Assembly (NCBI RefSeq): GCF_020745735.1
Contig: NC_083417.1
Span: 59,582,001-59,646,000, forward strand
Length of the DNA stretch: 64,000 nucleotides
From: Hemiscyllium ocellatum
Lineage: Eukaryota
Direction of reading: 5' to 3'
Position 1 is the first letter of the stretch; each line of letters opens with the position of its first letter. The notes beneath the pieces were generated by a model. It was not told the DNA's origin, did no database searches, and was given only the letters and a program-made list of their open reading frames with translations. This document shows positions 40,490 to 53,305 of the stretch, one piece after another. The position numbers and the translations under genes were made by a program.

Positions 40490-41090
40490 AAATTTATTTT
40501 GTCAAATTGGCAACTAGATTTAGTATCTTGACAATGATACCGAGAAAGGACACAAGCGCTATCACTGAGATGATGGGGAAATGAATACCAACTAGATTTG
40601 AGCCACCAGGTAACGTTCTGACTGATCGTGGAAGGTAATTTGCCAGTGCTGAGTTACAAGACATGGGTGAACACATGATATTTGTGGCCCTAAATACAGC
40701 ACTTGGAAGTCCTTTCAGCAATGGACTTTGAGTAGGAAACATGCTGTGACCAATGAAATCCTGCATAAAAGTATAATTGATTAATGCGACTACAATTTGA
40801 GAAATATCCCAGCATGGTGCATGCAAAGAATTAACTCAAGATTGGTGAAAGATATTGTTGCCATTGATTAGATTATGGACACAATCCATATTTGCTTTCA
40901 CATGTGTGTGATGGTCCTCCTGTTTTAAAAGCTACTATTAGTTACTGTTCCTCCTGCATGTTTGAATGCTTTATTTAAAGGGGCATGCTTCTTCAGGGCT
41001 GGGATCCTTGGGAAAAAAAAGTGGCAGCCATTCAGAAATTGTTTGAGGGCATCCAAAAGAGATTTCACTTCAGGAGCTTTCAATTGGCAG
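40490..41090 (+). mobile_element. LTR-retrotransposon integrase (DDE) relic
   Basis: Degenerate translation VKLATRFS...PPGNVLTDRGR*FASAELQDMGEHM...NTALGSPFSNGL* corresponds to the integrase core TDNGxEF...SPxSNGxxE. Confidence 0.7.
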
Positions 41091-41779
41091 CCCTCAAAGT
41101 AAGGAGGCTGCTAGCCATGCAGGGAAACAGGGAGACAGGTAAGAGAAAACGGTGCAGTTAGCGCAACTTACATCAGTAATTTTAAAATTATGTAATTACT
41201 CAGTTGTTGGTCAGTCCACAGTAAATGAGGGATTGTGTGCCTTTCTTGAATTTTCGTTTGGCTCTTGCACCTTCAGTCTCCATTATTCACCCGCTTTGAA
41301 AACTTACTGCTGCTTTGTCAAGGAGGTCTCACCCTCATGGGCATGCCTTTCCAGCACAGAGGTCAGAGCCAATCTTCTTCAAGTGCTCTGAGAATATTAT
41401 GTATGATCATCTGAGGACAGCTAAGTGTATGGCTAGAGCTTTCTCAGGCATTGGCAACATATCACTCGAGTTTGGCAGTCATACAGGAGTGCCGGAAGGA
41501 CTTTGAATCTGTCTACAGCTACTGGTCAGTGTAGACATATTTGAGCAGTGTCCCAAAGGGGACAATGTATTCTGTGTAGGATGTCCGTGCTGATAGTTAC
41601 TGACTAGACATGTGGCTACTGAGTGAGCAGAAGTGATCAACAGGTTGCTGCCAGTGATCCTCAGTGATTACTCTAGGTGGATTTGGAGCACGCCCTGATT
41701 TTGTCTTCTTGCCGTTCCGATTCAACTGTAAGCTCATTTTGGGACTTTGACCAATTGAAGACTGGCCCAGAGGTTTCCT

Positions 41780-42190
41780 GCGTGCACAGTAAGATATAAC
41801 AGTAAGTTGCATACTGGAGGTCTTTGTCTGCAAGATTTCCATTTTCACTTTCAGCCTTTGAGAGCTCGAGAACAATCCCATCAAGTTTGCGTTTCATTCA
41901 AACGCTTGGTGAGAGGGCATCCTTGACCATGGTGGGGATAGTCACTCGGAAGCTGGAGAAGGCGGTGAGTTCAAGAACACATCAATGAGAAAGGCATCAG
42001 ACTCCAGTCTGTCACAGAGAACAATGGCTGTCAGATCATGTTAAAAAACTGCACAATCTTGATGCATGTCCATGGACATTGCTCCCAGAGACTTTCACAA
42101 TGGACTGAATTGAAGGCCTTTGACAGTCTAACGAAGACAGCTTAGTTTTGGACTGACATTTCTGTAACTCCATGAGGTCCAGGAGAGTCA
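41780..42190 (-). mobile_element. Possible L1/Tx1-clade ORF2 C-terminal relic
   Basis: TIPTMVKDAL...RKL...ELSKAE resembles the Tx1-type C-terminal motif; very degenerate. Confidence 0.3.
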
Positions 42191-44830
42191 CTGAGCATAG
42201 AACTAGGCCCTTCAGCCCACCATGTCTACGCCAATCAACAAACACCAAACTACACTCATGCCATTTTCTTTACCTGCACTTGGTCCACAACCTACTATGC
42301 TCTGGCATTTTAAATATTCATCCAGGTGGTTCTTAGCTTTGCGAGAGTACGCTTCCAGTATCCTCTCAGGTGGTGCAGTCCATGTATCTACCAACATCTG
42401 GGGGAAAAGTTCTTTCTGATATCTTCCCTAAACCACTTGCTGCTCACCTTAAACTTACACCCTCTAGTCTTCGACATGTCTGCCATGGGAAAGAGATTCA
42501 CTGACCTATGCTGTAAGTTTGTTTACTTCAAACAGACCTGCTCCACCACCACCACCACCACACCAACCCCGGTGCCCAAACCCCACCCCAGCTTCCTCTG
42601 CTCCAAGGAAAACAAACCCAGCCTATTCAGTTTCTCCTCATAACTGAGACTTTTCATCCCAAGCAACATTCAGATAAATCTCCTCTACATGCTCTCCAGT
42701 GCAATCATGTCCTTCTGACAGGGTGGTAACCAGAACTGCACACAGTATTCCAACTGTGCCCTAACTAGCGTTTTATGAAGTTGTAACAAGATTTTCTTGC
42801 TCCTATATTCTATGTCCCACCTAATAAAAGAAAACATTCCATACGCCTTCTTCACCATCTTGTCTACCTGTGCTGACATCTTCAGGGATCTATGGACCTG
42901 TACACCAAGGGCCCTTTGTTCCTCAGTACTCCATAGGACCTACCATTCATTGTATATGTCCTTCCCTTATTAGACCTCCAAACATTCCACACCATGCACC
43001 TGTCAGAATTAAACTTCATCTGCAATTGCTCTGCCCAATTTACCAGCGGATCAATATCAGACGCTAGCTTGAGACCATCTTCCTCATTATCAACAACATC
43101 CCTAATTTTCACGTCATTTGCAAACTTACTAATTATACCTTCATCATTCACATCCACGTTGTTAATGTGAAACCAAACAGCAAAGGTCCCAGTACCAAGC
43201 CATATGGTGCAATGCTAGTCATTCAATTACAAAATAAGCCCTCCATCATCACCTTTGCCTCTTACTGTTAGGCCAATGTTTGATCCAGTTGGTCAACTTA
43301 CCTTGGATCCCATGGGATCTTAACGTCTGTTCCAACCCTACACGTGGGACCTTGTCACAGGCCTTACTGAAGTCCATGTAAACCACATCAACTGCACTAC
43401 CTTCATCAACATATTTAGTCACCTTTTCAAAAAAAACTCAATTAGTCAGACCAGATCTTCTCTAAAAATTCCAAACTGATTAATCGCTGATCAATGCCCC
43501 CCCTTTCCAAAAAGTGATTCATCCCATTCTTTAGAGGTTTTCTAATGATTTCCCTACTGGTTATGTCAGACTAAATGGTTTGTAATTACCTGGTCTAATA
43601 CCGCTGCCCTTCTTGAACAAATGAACTAGATAAGCTATCCTCCAGCAAGGTATTAAATATCTCTGCCAAGACCCCAGCAATCTCTCCCTTGCCTCCCACA
43701 GCAGCCTTGGGATACCCTGGGGATTTGTGCACCTGTAAGCCTGTTTAAAAAGTCTAATATCTCCTACTTATTAACCTTAACATGCTCCAGAACCTCACCA
43801 TTTAAACCTGAAATCCCCAGTTACAATGTTTTTCTCCTTTGTGAATACAGATGAGAAGTATTCAATTAAGCCATCACCTACATCCATTGATCGCCCATTT
43901 GGTCTCTAATAGATCCCACTATTCCCCTGGTAATTCTACCACTCTTGACATACAAAACACCTTGAAGATTTTCTTGATCTCACCTACCATTGATATTTCA
44001 TGGCCCTTCTATGCCCTTCTAATTTCATACACTCCATACTTTTGAAGAGCCTTCTTTTTTGAGGCACTGCATCTGACATGTGCATCTTTTTTTCTTGATG
44101 AAATGCTCAATATCCCTTTAAATCCAGGATTCCCAACACCTGCTGCACCTGCCCTTCACTCAAAGGAATACACTGACCCTGTACTCTCACCATACTAATT
44201 TTAAAGTCTCCCGCTTTACAAATTAGACTTAAATGTGAGTAGCTGCTCCCGGTCTATATTTGCCAGACCCTGTCTAATGATACTGAAATCTGTCTTCCCT
44301 CAACTTTGACACAAAATGTTCACCCACTGAAATGTTAACCATTTGACTGGCTTCATTCCCCAGGATTAGGTCTAGCGCTACAGTTCTGGTGGGACTATCT
44401 GCACATTAGCACAAAAAAGGCCTCTCACAAGCATTTTAAAAACTCCTTCCTATCTGATCCTTTCAGACTAAGGCAATCACAATTAACATGAAAAACAATG
44501 AAGTCCCCTTCAACTATAACCCTGTTCCTCTCACATCTTGCTGTGATTTTCTTAGGTTTCTGCCCCTGTAAATTCCTCTGACTGCTGGGAGGTGAAAAGT
44601 GTGATGCTGGAAAAGCACAGCAGGCCACGTTGCATCAGAGGAGCAGGAGAGTCGATGTTTTGGCCAAAAGCCCTCTGATCTCCAGCATCTGCAGTCCTCA
44701 CTTTCTCCTGACTACTAGCAGTCCTGCTATATAATTCCTGCAAGGTAATAACCCCTTTTTTTTATTTCTAAGCTCTGTCCAGATGGTCTAATTTGAAGAC
44801 CTTTCTACAAAGTCCTTCCTCATTATTGCG
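42190..44830 (-). mobile_element. Older CR1-clade LINE fragment
   Basis: ORFs 42685-42879 (QLEYCVQFWLP) and 42882-43157 (ISKFANDVK); endonuclease VIVEGDF near 44500. Confidence 0.85.
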
Positions 44831-45889
44831 GGATCTGTAGGACAGTAAAGGTCAGATCTGTCATGCCTTATATATGCTCTGAATCCACAATGCGATTCTG
44901 ACAAAGGTTTCTGCAACTGCAGGTAATCCAGAAGACTGAGACAATCTTGGCAACACTGAGGTCTCCTGGGAGCCCTGCTTCATCGCAGGTTTGCTGGAAA
45001 AGTAAGCATACACTTTGCACAATTAAGTCTCTGTCGAACATGCACATCTCAGCGGAGATACCAACCAGATCTGCAAAGCTGTTCGTTTGGGCTTATGCAA
45101 TGGCTCGGTGAATTTTGTCCAGGGAGGTTCCGTAAGGTTCTATCAGGCCAATGAAAGCAAATTGTGGTCTGAACCCATCCAGACCCATGCCAGTCTTGGC
45201 TGCTGACAGGTTCATCCTGCTTCAGGCAGCATTGAGGCTCCTCTCAAAAACTTGACTCTCCCATAAGGGACCATGAAGAGCAGAAGCCCTGGTAATCATT
45301 ATGGCAATCAAACTGTTAAGGTTCATTCCTTGCAACTAATCAGAATGAACTGCCAAATCTTTCAATCTGGGCCACTCACCAGAAGCAAACAAGATGATTT
45401 GTACAGCAAGTGCTCTTCTGTTATTCAATCAGGGCCCTGAGGAAGACTATTTAGATTGCAGCAATGTGAGAGTACTTGAAGCAGGTGACACAGCTCACAC
45501 ACCCAAAGGCTTATTACCAGATAACTACTTGGCTAACATGTAGACCAGGGAGTTTGAATGGATGGAGCAAGACGATAATGTGGAATATTCAGGAAAAGCA
45601 AATGGTCATTTTAACTATTAATTCAAAGTTCAGGATGACGACTAGGAGTGTGGTCACAGACAGGCAGAATCAGGCAAAGACAGGAGAGTAAACAAACACT
45701 AATAGGGGGTGTTGAAATGACTTTTGCTAGAGAAACGCTATACCTGCTTTCAATAGTTGTAAATACTGACGATTGAATTTGAACTTCCATCATCTGATTG
45801 TTATGCCAGAGACCACTATGGACTCAAATAGTTTTAGAAAGGGCCAAAGATGTCTTCAACGGTAACCTGATCAGAGATGGAGGCAAACT

Positions 45890-48426
45890 TTGGGAGACCC
45901 ATCTGGAACAAGTGAGTCAATCAGGGCAGGCAGGGACAAGGTAGGACAAGATAGGACTGATAAATGAAACTGCATTTATTTCAGTGCAAGAGGCCTAACA
46001 GGGAATGCAGATGAACTCAGGTCATGGTTAGGAACATGGGTCTGATTCAGTATATGGATGTACCTACTAGAGAAGGTGCAAAACCTACGCTACGCTTGGG
46101 AAATAAGGCAGGGCAGGTGTCTGAGATGTCAGTGGGGGAACACTTTGGGGCCAGCGACCTAATTTTATTAGTTTTAAAATAGTGATAGAAAAGGATAGAC
46201 CAGATCTAAAAGTTGAAGTTCTAAATTGGAAAAAGGCTAATTTTAATGGTATTAGGCAAGAACTTTCAAAAGCTGATTGGGGGCAGATGTTCGCAGGTAA
46301 AGGGATGGCTGGAAAATGGGAAGCCTTCAGAAATGACATAACGAGAGTCAGAGATAGTATATTCCAGTCAGGGTGAAAGGAAAGGCTGGTAGGTGTCAGG
46401 AATGCTGGATGACTAAAGAAATTAAGGGTTTGGTTAAGAAAAAGAAGGAAGCATACGTAAGGTATAGACGGGATAGATCCGGTGAATCCTCAGAAGAGTA
46501 TAAAGGCAGTAGGAGTATACTTAAGAGAGAAATCAGAGGGCAAAAAGGGGATATGAGATCACTTTGGCAAATACAATCAAGGAGAATCCAAAGGGCTTTT
46601 ACAAATTCATTAAAGACAAAAGGGTAAGTAGGGAGAGCATAAGGCCCCTCAAAGATCATCAAGGCGGCCTTTGTGTGGAGCCGCAGGAGATGGGGGAGAT
46701 GAGTACTTTGCATCAGTGTTTATTGTGGAAAAGGTCATGGAAGATAAGGAATGTAGGGAAATAGATGGTGACATCTTGAAATATGTCCTTATTACAGAGG
46801 AGGAAGTGCTGGATGTCTTGAAATGCATAGAAGTGGATAAATCCCCAGGACCTGATCAGGTGTACCCTAGAACTCTGTGGGAAGCTAGAGAAGTGATTGT
46901 GAGGCCGCTTGCAAAGATATTTGTATCATAGATTGTCACAGGTGAGGTGCCGGAAGACTGGAGGTTGGCTAATGTGGTACCCTTTAAGAAGGGTGGTGAG
47001 GACAAGTCAAGGAACTATAGACCAGTGAGCCTGACCTCAGTGGTGGGCAAGTTGTTGGAGGGAATCCTGAAGGACAAGATGCACATGTATTTGGAAAAGC
47101 AAGGACTGATAGGGATAGTCAACATGGCATTGTGCGTGGGAAATCATGTCTCACAAACCTGATTGAGTTTTTTGAAGAAGTAACAATGAGGATTGAGGAG
47201 GGTAGAGCGGTAGTTGTGATCTATCAGTAAGGCGTTGGACAAAGTTCCCTATGGTAGACTGGTTAGCAATGTTAGATCTCATGGAATACAGGGAAAACTA
47301 GCCATTTGAATACAGAACTGGCTCAAAGGTAGATGACAGAGGGTGGTGGTGGAGGGTTGTTTTTCAGACTGGAGGCCTGTGACCAGTGGAGTGCCACAAG
47401 AATCAGTGCTGGGTTCACTATTTTTCATCATTCATATAAATGATTTGTATGTCAGCATAAGAGGAATAGTTAGTAAGTTTGCAGATGACACCAAAATTGG
47501 AGTGGACAGTGAAGAAGGTTATCTCGGATTACAACAGGATCTTGATCAGATGGGACAATGGGCTGAGAAGTGGCAGATGGTGCTCAATTCAGATAAATAC
47601 AAGGTGCTGCATTTTGGGAAAGCAAATCTTAGCAGGACTTATACACTTTATGGTAGGGTTCTAGGGAGTGTTGCTGAACAAAGAGACCTTGGAGTTCCTT
47701 GAAAATAGTCGCAGGTAGATAGGATAGTGAAGAAGGTGCTTGGTATGCTAGCCTTTATTGGTCAGAGTATTGAGTACAGGAGTTGGGAGGTCATATTGCA
47801 GCTGTCCAGGACTTTGGTTAGGCCATTTTTGGATTTTTGCATGCAATTCTAGTCTCCTTCCTATCAGAAAGATGTTGTAAAACTTGAAAGGGTTCAGGTA
47901 AGATTTACAAGAACGTTGCATAGGTTGGAGGATTTGAGCTTTGCTTGAATTAAATTAAATTAAATCTTCATTAGTCAATTCCACTCCATGGAACACCTAC
48001 AATTTAAGGTTGAACAGGCTGGGGCTATTTTCCCTGGAATGTCAGAGGCTAAGGGATGACCTTAAAGAGAGTTATAAAATCATGAGAGGCATGTTAGAAT
48101 AAATAGACAAAACCTTTTCCCTGGGGTTGGGGAGTCCAGAACTAGATGGCATAGGTTTAGCTGAGAGGGGAAAGATATAAAAGAGACCTAAGGAGCAATG
48201 TTTTCACGCAGAGGGTATGGAATGAGCTGCCAGAGGAAGTGGTGGAGACTGGTACAATTGCAACATTTAAGAGGCATATGAATGGGTATAAGAATAGGAA
48301 GGGTTTGGAGGGATATGGGCCGGGTGCTGGCAAATGGGACTAGATTAATTTAGGATATCTATTTGGCCTGGACTGTTTGGACTGAAGAGCTGTTTCCGTG
48401 CTGTACATCTCTGTGACTCTCTGACT
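45890..48426 (+). mobile_element. CR1-clade LINE, same subfamily as 54830-57827, with internal endonuclease deletion
   Basis: ORF2 start (CIYFSARGLTGNADELRSWLGTW) joins at ~46040 directly to LIQYMDVPTREG; RT motifs GVPQESVLG, KFADDTK; CR1 tail. Confidence 0.92.
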
Positions 48427-48884
48427 TGACAAAGTAGATCCTGAGAGGTCATCTCCAACCCCGGGGGGGGGGGGGGTTTAGAATTAAACGACAGTTCTAA
48501 AAAAAATAGTGGTCTTGCTTTTAAGTTAGAGATGTGGAGTAATCTTTATCTCAAGGGTAATTCTTTTCCTGAGGGAACGGCAAAGGGTACAAGATTGTTA
48601 CATTCAACTTAGACCAACTGGGAAGTCAAGGGTCATGTGCAGCAGACAGGAAAATGAAGTTGAGATAATCAGATCAGCATCATTTGATGGTGCAGGCTCA
48701 GGTAATTAAATGGCCTATTGCTCTTTCTAATCCTTGTGTTCATATGTTTTGTGAAAGGTCCACTTTCTTTCACAGATACTGGCACCCTCTGCAGATAGAA
48801 GCTCAAAACATGAAGATGCTCTGATTTTTGTTCTGAGTTGAGCAAGAGTTGGTTGAACAGACAGTCTTGGTGGAAATAGTGAAA

Positions 48885-49621
48885 AGAGCAGCCAGGGTTG
48901 TTAACAACCTTGAGAAATTTATCCAAGGACTCTTGGGTAGTTTTCATTTTCTTTTGCCGGTAGATCTCCCTGTAACAGTTAACATGCTCATTGATCTCCC
49001 TGTTCACTTTGGCGCTGCGTTCTCTGTTTGGGTCACACTCAGTGAAGATTTCCAATGCCTCTTCAATGAAAGCCTTTGATAATTGTTTTGCTAACAGATC
49101 CAGAGGGGGCACTATTTCAGTGCAATCTCCTTCTTTAGTTTGTTGACTCTTTAGTTAAATTACATTTTCATTAGTCAATTCGTCTCCATGGAACACCTGT
49201 AATTCCACCCACTCAGCCTCCTTGACTTTATCAAAGCCCATTTTAATGAGTGGGCGGCACGGTGGCACAGTGGTTAGCACTGCTGCCTCACAGCGCCTGT
49301 AGACCCGGGTTCAATTCCCGACTCAGGCGACTGACTGTGTGGAGTTTGCACGTTCTCCCCGTGTCTGCGTGGGTTTCCTCCGGGTGCTCCGGTTTCCTCC
49401 CACAGTCACAAAGATGTGCGGGTCAGGTGAATTGGCCATGCTAAATTGCCCATAGTGTTAGGTAAGGGGTAAATGTAGGGGTATGGGTGGGTTGCGCTTC
49501 GGCGGGTCGGTGTGGACTTGTTGGGCCGAAGGGCCTGTTTCCACACTGTAAGTCTAATCTAATCTAATTTCCCTTGCTGAAGTCATGACTGCATGCTGAA
49601 TTTCAGGGACAGCATCAAGGG
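48885..49621 (-). mobile_element. Tigger/pogo-type transposase relic, C-terminal part (interrupted by a SINE at 49250-49568)
   Basis: HGDELTNE...DPNRERSAKVNREINEHVNCYREIYRQKKMKTTQESLDKFLK, typical Tigger1/TIGD1-like C-terminus; collinear with the N-terminal relic. Confidence 0.8.
49250..49568 (+). mobile_element. HE1-type shark tRNA-derived SINE, full length, young
   Basis: A box TGGCACAGTGG, B box GGTTCAATTCC, core TGTGTGGAGTTTGCACGTTCTCCCCGTG, CR1-like tail and (TCTAA)n. Confidence 0.92.
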
Positions 49622-51180
49622 GAAAGGAGATTAGTGTCCTAATCCAGAAAGCCAGATGATGAAGGATACAACTGGAACCTGTCTTTGTTTCTAAACTTTA
49701 TTTACAAAGTCGCACATCACAAATGTCCACCTCCCAACCTAGCCACTACAATTTTAAACTTCTATGCACTAAAATAAAATTGATACCTCTGGGATAGATA
49801 AGACTTGAGCTTAGAGACTGTGGGTCTGAGGGTTTTCTTTAAAAAAAAGGATTTTAATCTATTAATACTGTTTATGAAATTTCAACATGCACGAATATCC
49901 TCACACAGTAAGGTTTGTCCTGATATAAAATACAAGAGCCTGAATTGCAATAGGCCCTGCATGATTTGAGCATAGAGCCTGATGTAGAATGAGGTGTGTT
50001 ACCGCTGAGCCTGTTGTTGCACTTAATTGCAGCACAACTGTAAGGCAAGTTAATGCCTTGGCATTTGCAAACAATTGAGATAACCGCTGAGCCTGTGGTT
50101 GTTGGCAGACTCCGTCTTCTCCTCTTTGGAGATGTACGTTCTCTGTGGCACATGCCCCCGGTAAAGCCCTGTTCCTTCAATGATGAAGGCTTGTTTCGAT
50201 GAGTAACCATCTTCTTCAAAATTTATTTTCATAGGGGCAGGGAATATATCAGCCCCTTCAGGACTAGTAATCGCTACTTCACTGCTCACTTTAACGTTCC
50301 TGTTTGCATAACGTCTCTTGAAGCGCTCGATACAACCTTGACTAGCAGTGAAACTTTCCAACTGTGAACCCGCAACTTGCCCATTCTGCAAGTCGTCATA
50401 CATGCTTCTGGCTTTTGCCTGTATGACCATCAAACTAAGAGACACTTTGCGCTGGTTTTGGACTTTTATCCAGACTAACGAGTGTCTTTCCATGATGCTG
50501 CTTCTGGTTCCAACTTATCCTGCTGGCACTTACAGGTGTAACACTTTATGCACTGTGTTTGATTTTGTCAGCTTTACTACGAATTGTTCTCAATGACGTA
50601 GGGGGCAGTCCAAGTGCTCTGCCAATCATGACTGCTCATTCTCCAGCCTCAAACCGTCGTAAAACCTCTAATTTCATTTCCAATGTGATCGTTTTCTTTT
50701 TTTTTTCCATAGTACCCAATAGTTATCTCAATTGTTTGCAAATGCCAAGGCATTAACTTGCCTTACAGTTGTGCTGCAATTAAGTGCAACAACAGGCTCA
50801 GCGGTAACACACCTCATTCTACATCAGGCTCTATGCTCAAATCATGCAGGGCCTATTGCAATTCAGGCTCTTGTATTTTTTATCAGGACAAACCTTACTG
50901 TGTGAGGATATTCGTGCATGTTGAAATTTCATAAACAGTATTAATAGATTAAAATCCTTTTTTTTAAGAAAACCCTCTGAGCCAGAGTCTCTAAACTCAA
51001 GTCTTATCTACCCCAGAGGTATCAATTTTATTTTAGTGCATAGATTAAAATTATAGTGGCTAGGTTAGGAGGTGGACATTTGTAATGTGTGACTTTGTAA
51101 ATAAAGTTTATGAACAAAGACTGGTTCCAGTTGTATCCTTCATCATCTGGCTTTCTGGATTAGGACACTAATCTCCTTTC
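49622..51180. repeat. Long inverted repeat: arms 49622-50084 and 50722-51180, spacer ~640 bp
   Basis: Manual alignment of the left arm to the reverse complement of the right arm: about 13 substitutions and 2 small indels over ~460 bp. Confidence 0.95.
50085..50710 (-). mobile_element. Tigger/pogo-type transposase relic, N-terminal DNA-binding part
   Basis: MEKKKKTITLEMKLEVLRRFEAGE*...IQAKARSMYDDL...FTASQGCIERFKRRY...PQRTYISKEEK (psq-like HTH + CENP-B-type HTH); in-frame stops. Confidence 0.85.
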
Positions 51181-51359
51181 TCCACTGAAGGAATTAATGT
51201 TTTCAAACAGATACAAAGGAAACTGTTTTCACTAAATGAAATAACAGTTGATAATTTCACACAAAATCTCCATGCAACTCAGATGGAAACAAGCTGCAGT
51301 AGTGCAGTTTGTCCAGCTGGAATGTTCAAGTGAACATGCAGATCAGGTATCACTAATAG

Positions 51360-52180
51360 AATTGAAGCAAAATGAATTTTAAAGCACAGAAAGTGACCAT
51401 TCAGCCCATTGTGCCTATTCTTACTCTGACAGAGCAGTTCAAATTGGGCTCAAAGCTCAGCTTCTCCACATAATCCTGCAAATTGATCCTTTTCAAGTAC
51501 ATGGCCAGTTGTCTCTTAAAATTCCCAACAGAAATTCATGTCTCTCAGTTACTGCAGTCTAGGTCTTTACAATCCAAAAATACTATCCCAAATTGTGCTT
51601 AGTATTTTCATCAATTATTTTTAACATATAACCTCTGGCTTGCAACACACTGGTCAAAAAAAAAAACAATTTCACCCCATTTTGTCTGTTAAAATGCCTC
51701 ATGATATTGAATAACTCTTGTAGGTTTCCCCTCAAACATTCCTGCTGCAAGACCACTTCCAGCTTTTGCAACCTCGATGTAGCTAAAGGTTCTAATCCCT
51801 GTATTATCCTGGGAAATCGCATTTGTACTGTCTCCACAATCAGGATATCCTTCCGAAATTGGATTGCCCAAAATTGTACAATACCAATGTCCCATGAATG
51901 AAATAAAAACAACACAAGTTTCTTTCATTTTGTATGCCTCTAATTTCTGAATAAGTCTTTTGATGTGTTTTTGATAGCTTTTACATAAACCCATGACATT
52001 CCATCCAATCTTCTTTGCTATTTAATGAAGCAAATCAATCAGATTAATCAGACACTGTTTGCCTTTAAACAATGCATGCTTTAACAATCTACCCCAAGCG
52101 AGAGCTCATTTTATTACAGTGATCTCTCTTAGTTTTCCCACAATTAACAATAGGCTGACTGATTTGTAGTTACCTCTCCA
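51360..52180 (-). mobile_element. Old CR1-clade LINE fragment
   Basis: ORF 51583-51915 IVQFWAIQFRKDILIVETVQMRFPRII. Confidence 0.7.
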
Positions 52181-52504
52181 CTTTTTTTAAGAGGTTTTTC
52201 TAAGGCTGGTGAAATTGCTTAGCGCTGCTGTCTGTAGACAAGCAGACCCCTTGGAAAAGAAGTGTATCACTATCTCTCTGCCTGGTTCATAGTACAAGTT
52301 GACTCACTGTTTGGGACTGGGTTGGATTGTGAGCAAGGCTTCTCACATTTCGAAGTGACTAAATCCCTGCTTTCACCATCAGTTTGATCATTTTGGATTG
52401 AATTTTTAACAATGCCATGCATATCCATGATTGCATTAAACTTGGCATCTTTCTACCATCGTACAGTTATTCCAATCAGTGATTTTTACATTGTCACCAT
52501 ATAA

Positions 52505-52752
52505 GATTAGATTACTTACTTAGTGTGGAAACAGGCCCTTCGGCCCAACAAGTCCACACTGATCTGCCGAAGTGCAACCCACCCAGACCCATTCCATTAC
52601 ATTTACCCCTTCACCCAACACTTCAGGCAATTTAGCATAGCTAATTCACTTGACCTGCACATTTTTGGACTGTGGGAGGAAATCGGAGCACCCGGATGAA
52701 ACCCACGCAGACACAGGGAGAATGTGCAAACTCCACACAGTCGGTCGCCTGA
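52505..52752 (-). mobile_element. HE1-type SINE, 5'-truncated
   Basis: Tail and core present, tRNA head missing. Confidence 0.85.
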
Positions 52753-53007
52753 AGCTTAGAAACATCAATGACCAGATGTGTGTCCTGAAATTTTATGTTC
52801 GATTTGGTTGTGGTGGGCTGTATTTACATTAATGAAACAAAGTTTAGAACAATGAAACTAAAAAAAATTCTTAAGCCCAAGTTACTCACAACTTACTCTG
52901 CAATGCTGACCATTAAAATTATACCAGAATCTGAACAGTCTGACTCAGTAATAATTATACTGTTTATAGTTGCAGTCAAATAAACCCCACAAGTGCTGAT
53001 ATTGGTA

Positions 53008-53305
53008 TAGATTAGACTTACAGTGTGGAAACAGGCCCTTCGGCCCAACAAGTCCACACCAACCCCGCCGAAGCGCAACCCACCCATACCCCTTACCTAA
53101 CACTACGGGCAATTTAGCATGGCCAATTCACCTGACCCGCACATCTTTGGACTGTGGGAGGAAACCGGAGCACCCGGAGGAAACCCACGCAGACACGGGG
53201 AGAACGTGCAAACGCCACACAGTCAGTCACCTGAGTCGGGAACTGAACCCGGGTCTCAGGCGCTGTGAGACAACAGTGCTAACCACTGCGCCACCGTGCC
53301 GCCCC
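53008..53305 (-). mobile_element. HE1-type SINE
   Basis: Same family sequence. Confidence 0.9.

Noticed and set aside
49250-49325. tRNA genes at SINE heads
   Set aside because: A/B boxes run straight into SINE core and LINE-like tail.
48669-50710. Domesticated TIGD-like gene
   Set aside because: In-frame stops, SINE insertion and missing DDE domain.
49622-51180. Inverted repeat as transposon terminal inverted repeats
   Set aside because: Tigger TIRs are short and enclose the whole ORF; here one arm lies inside the ORF with the C-terminus outside, and no TA duplication is evident.
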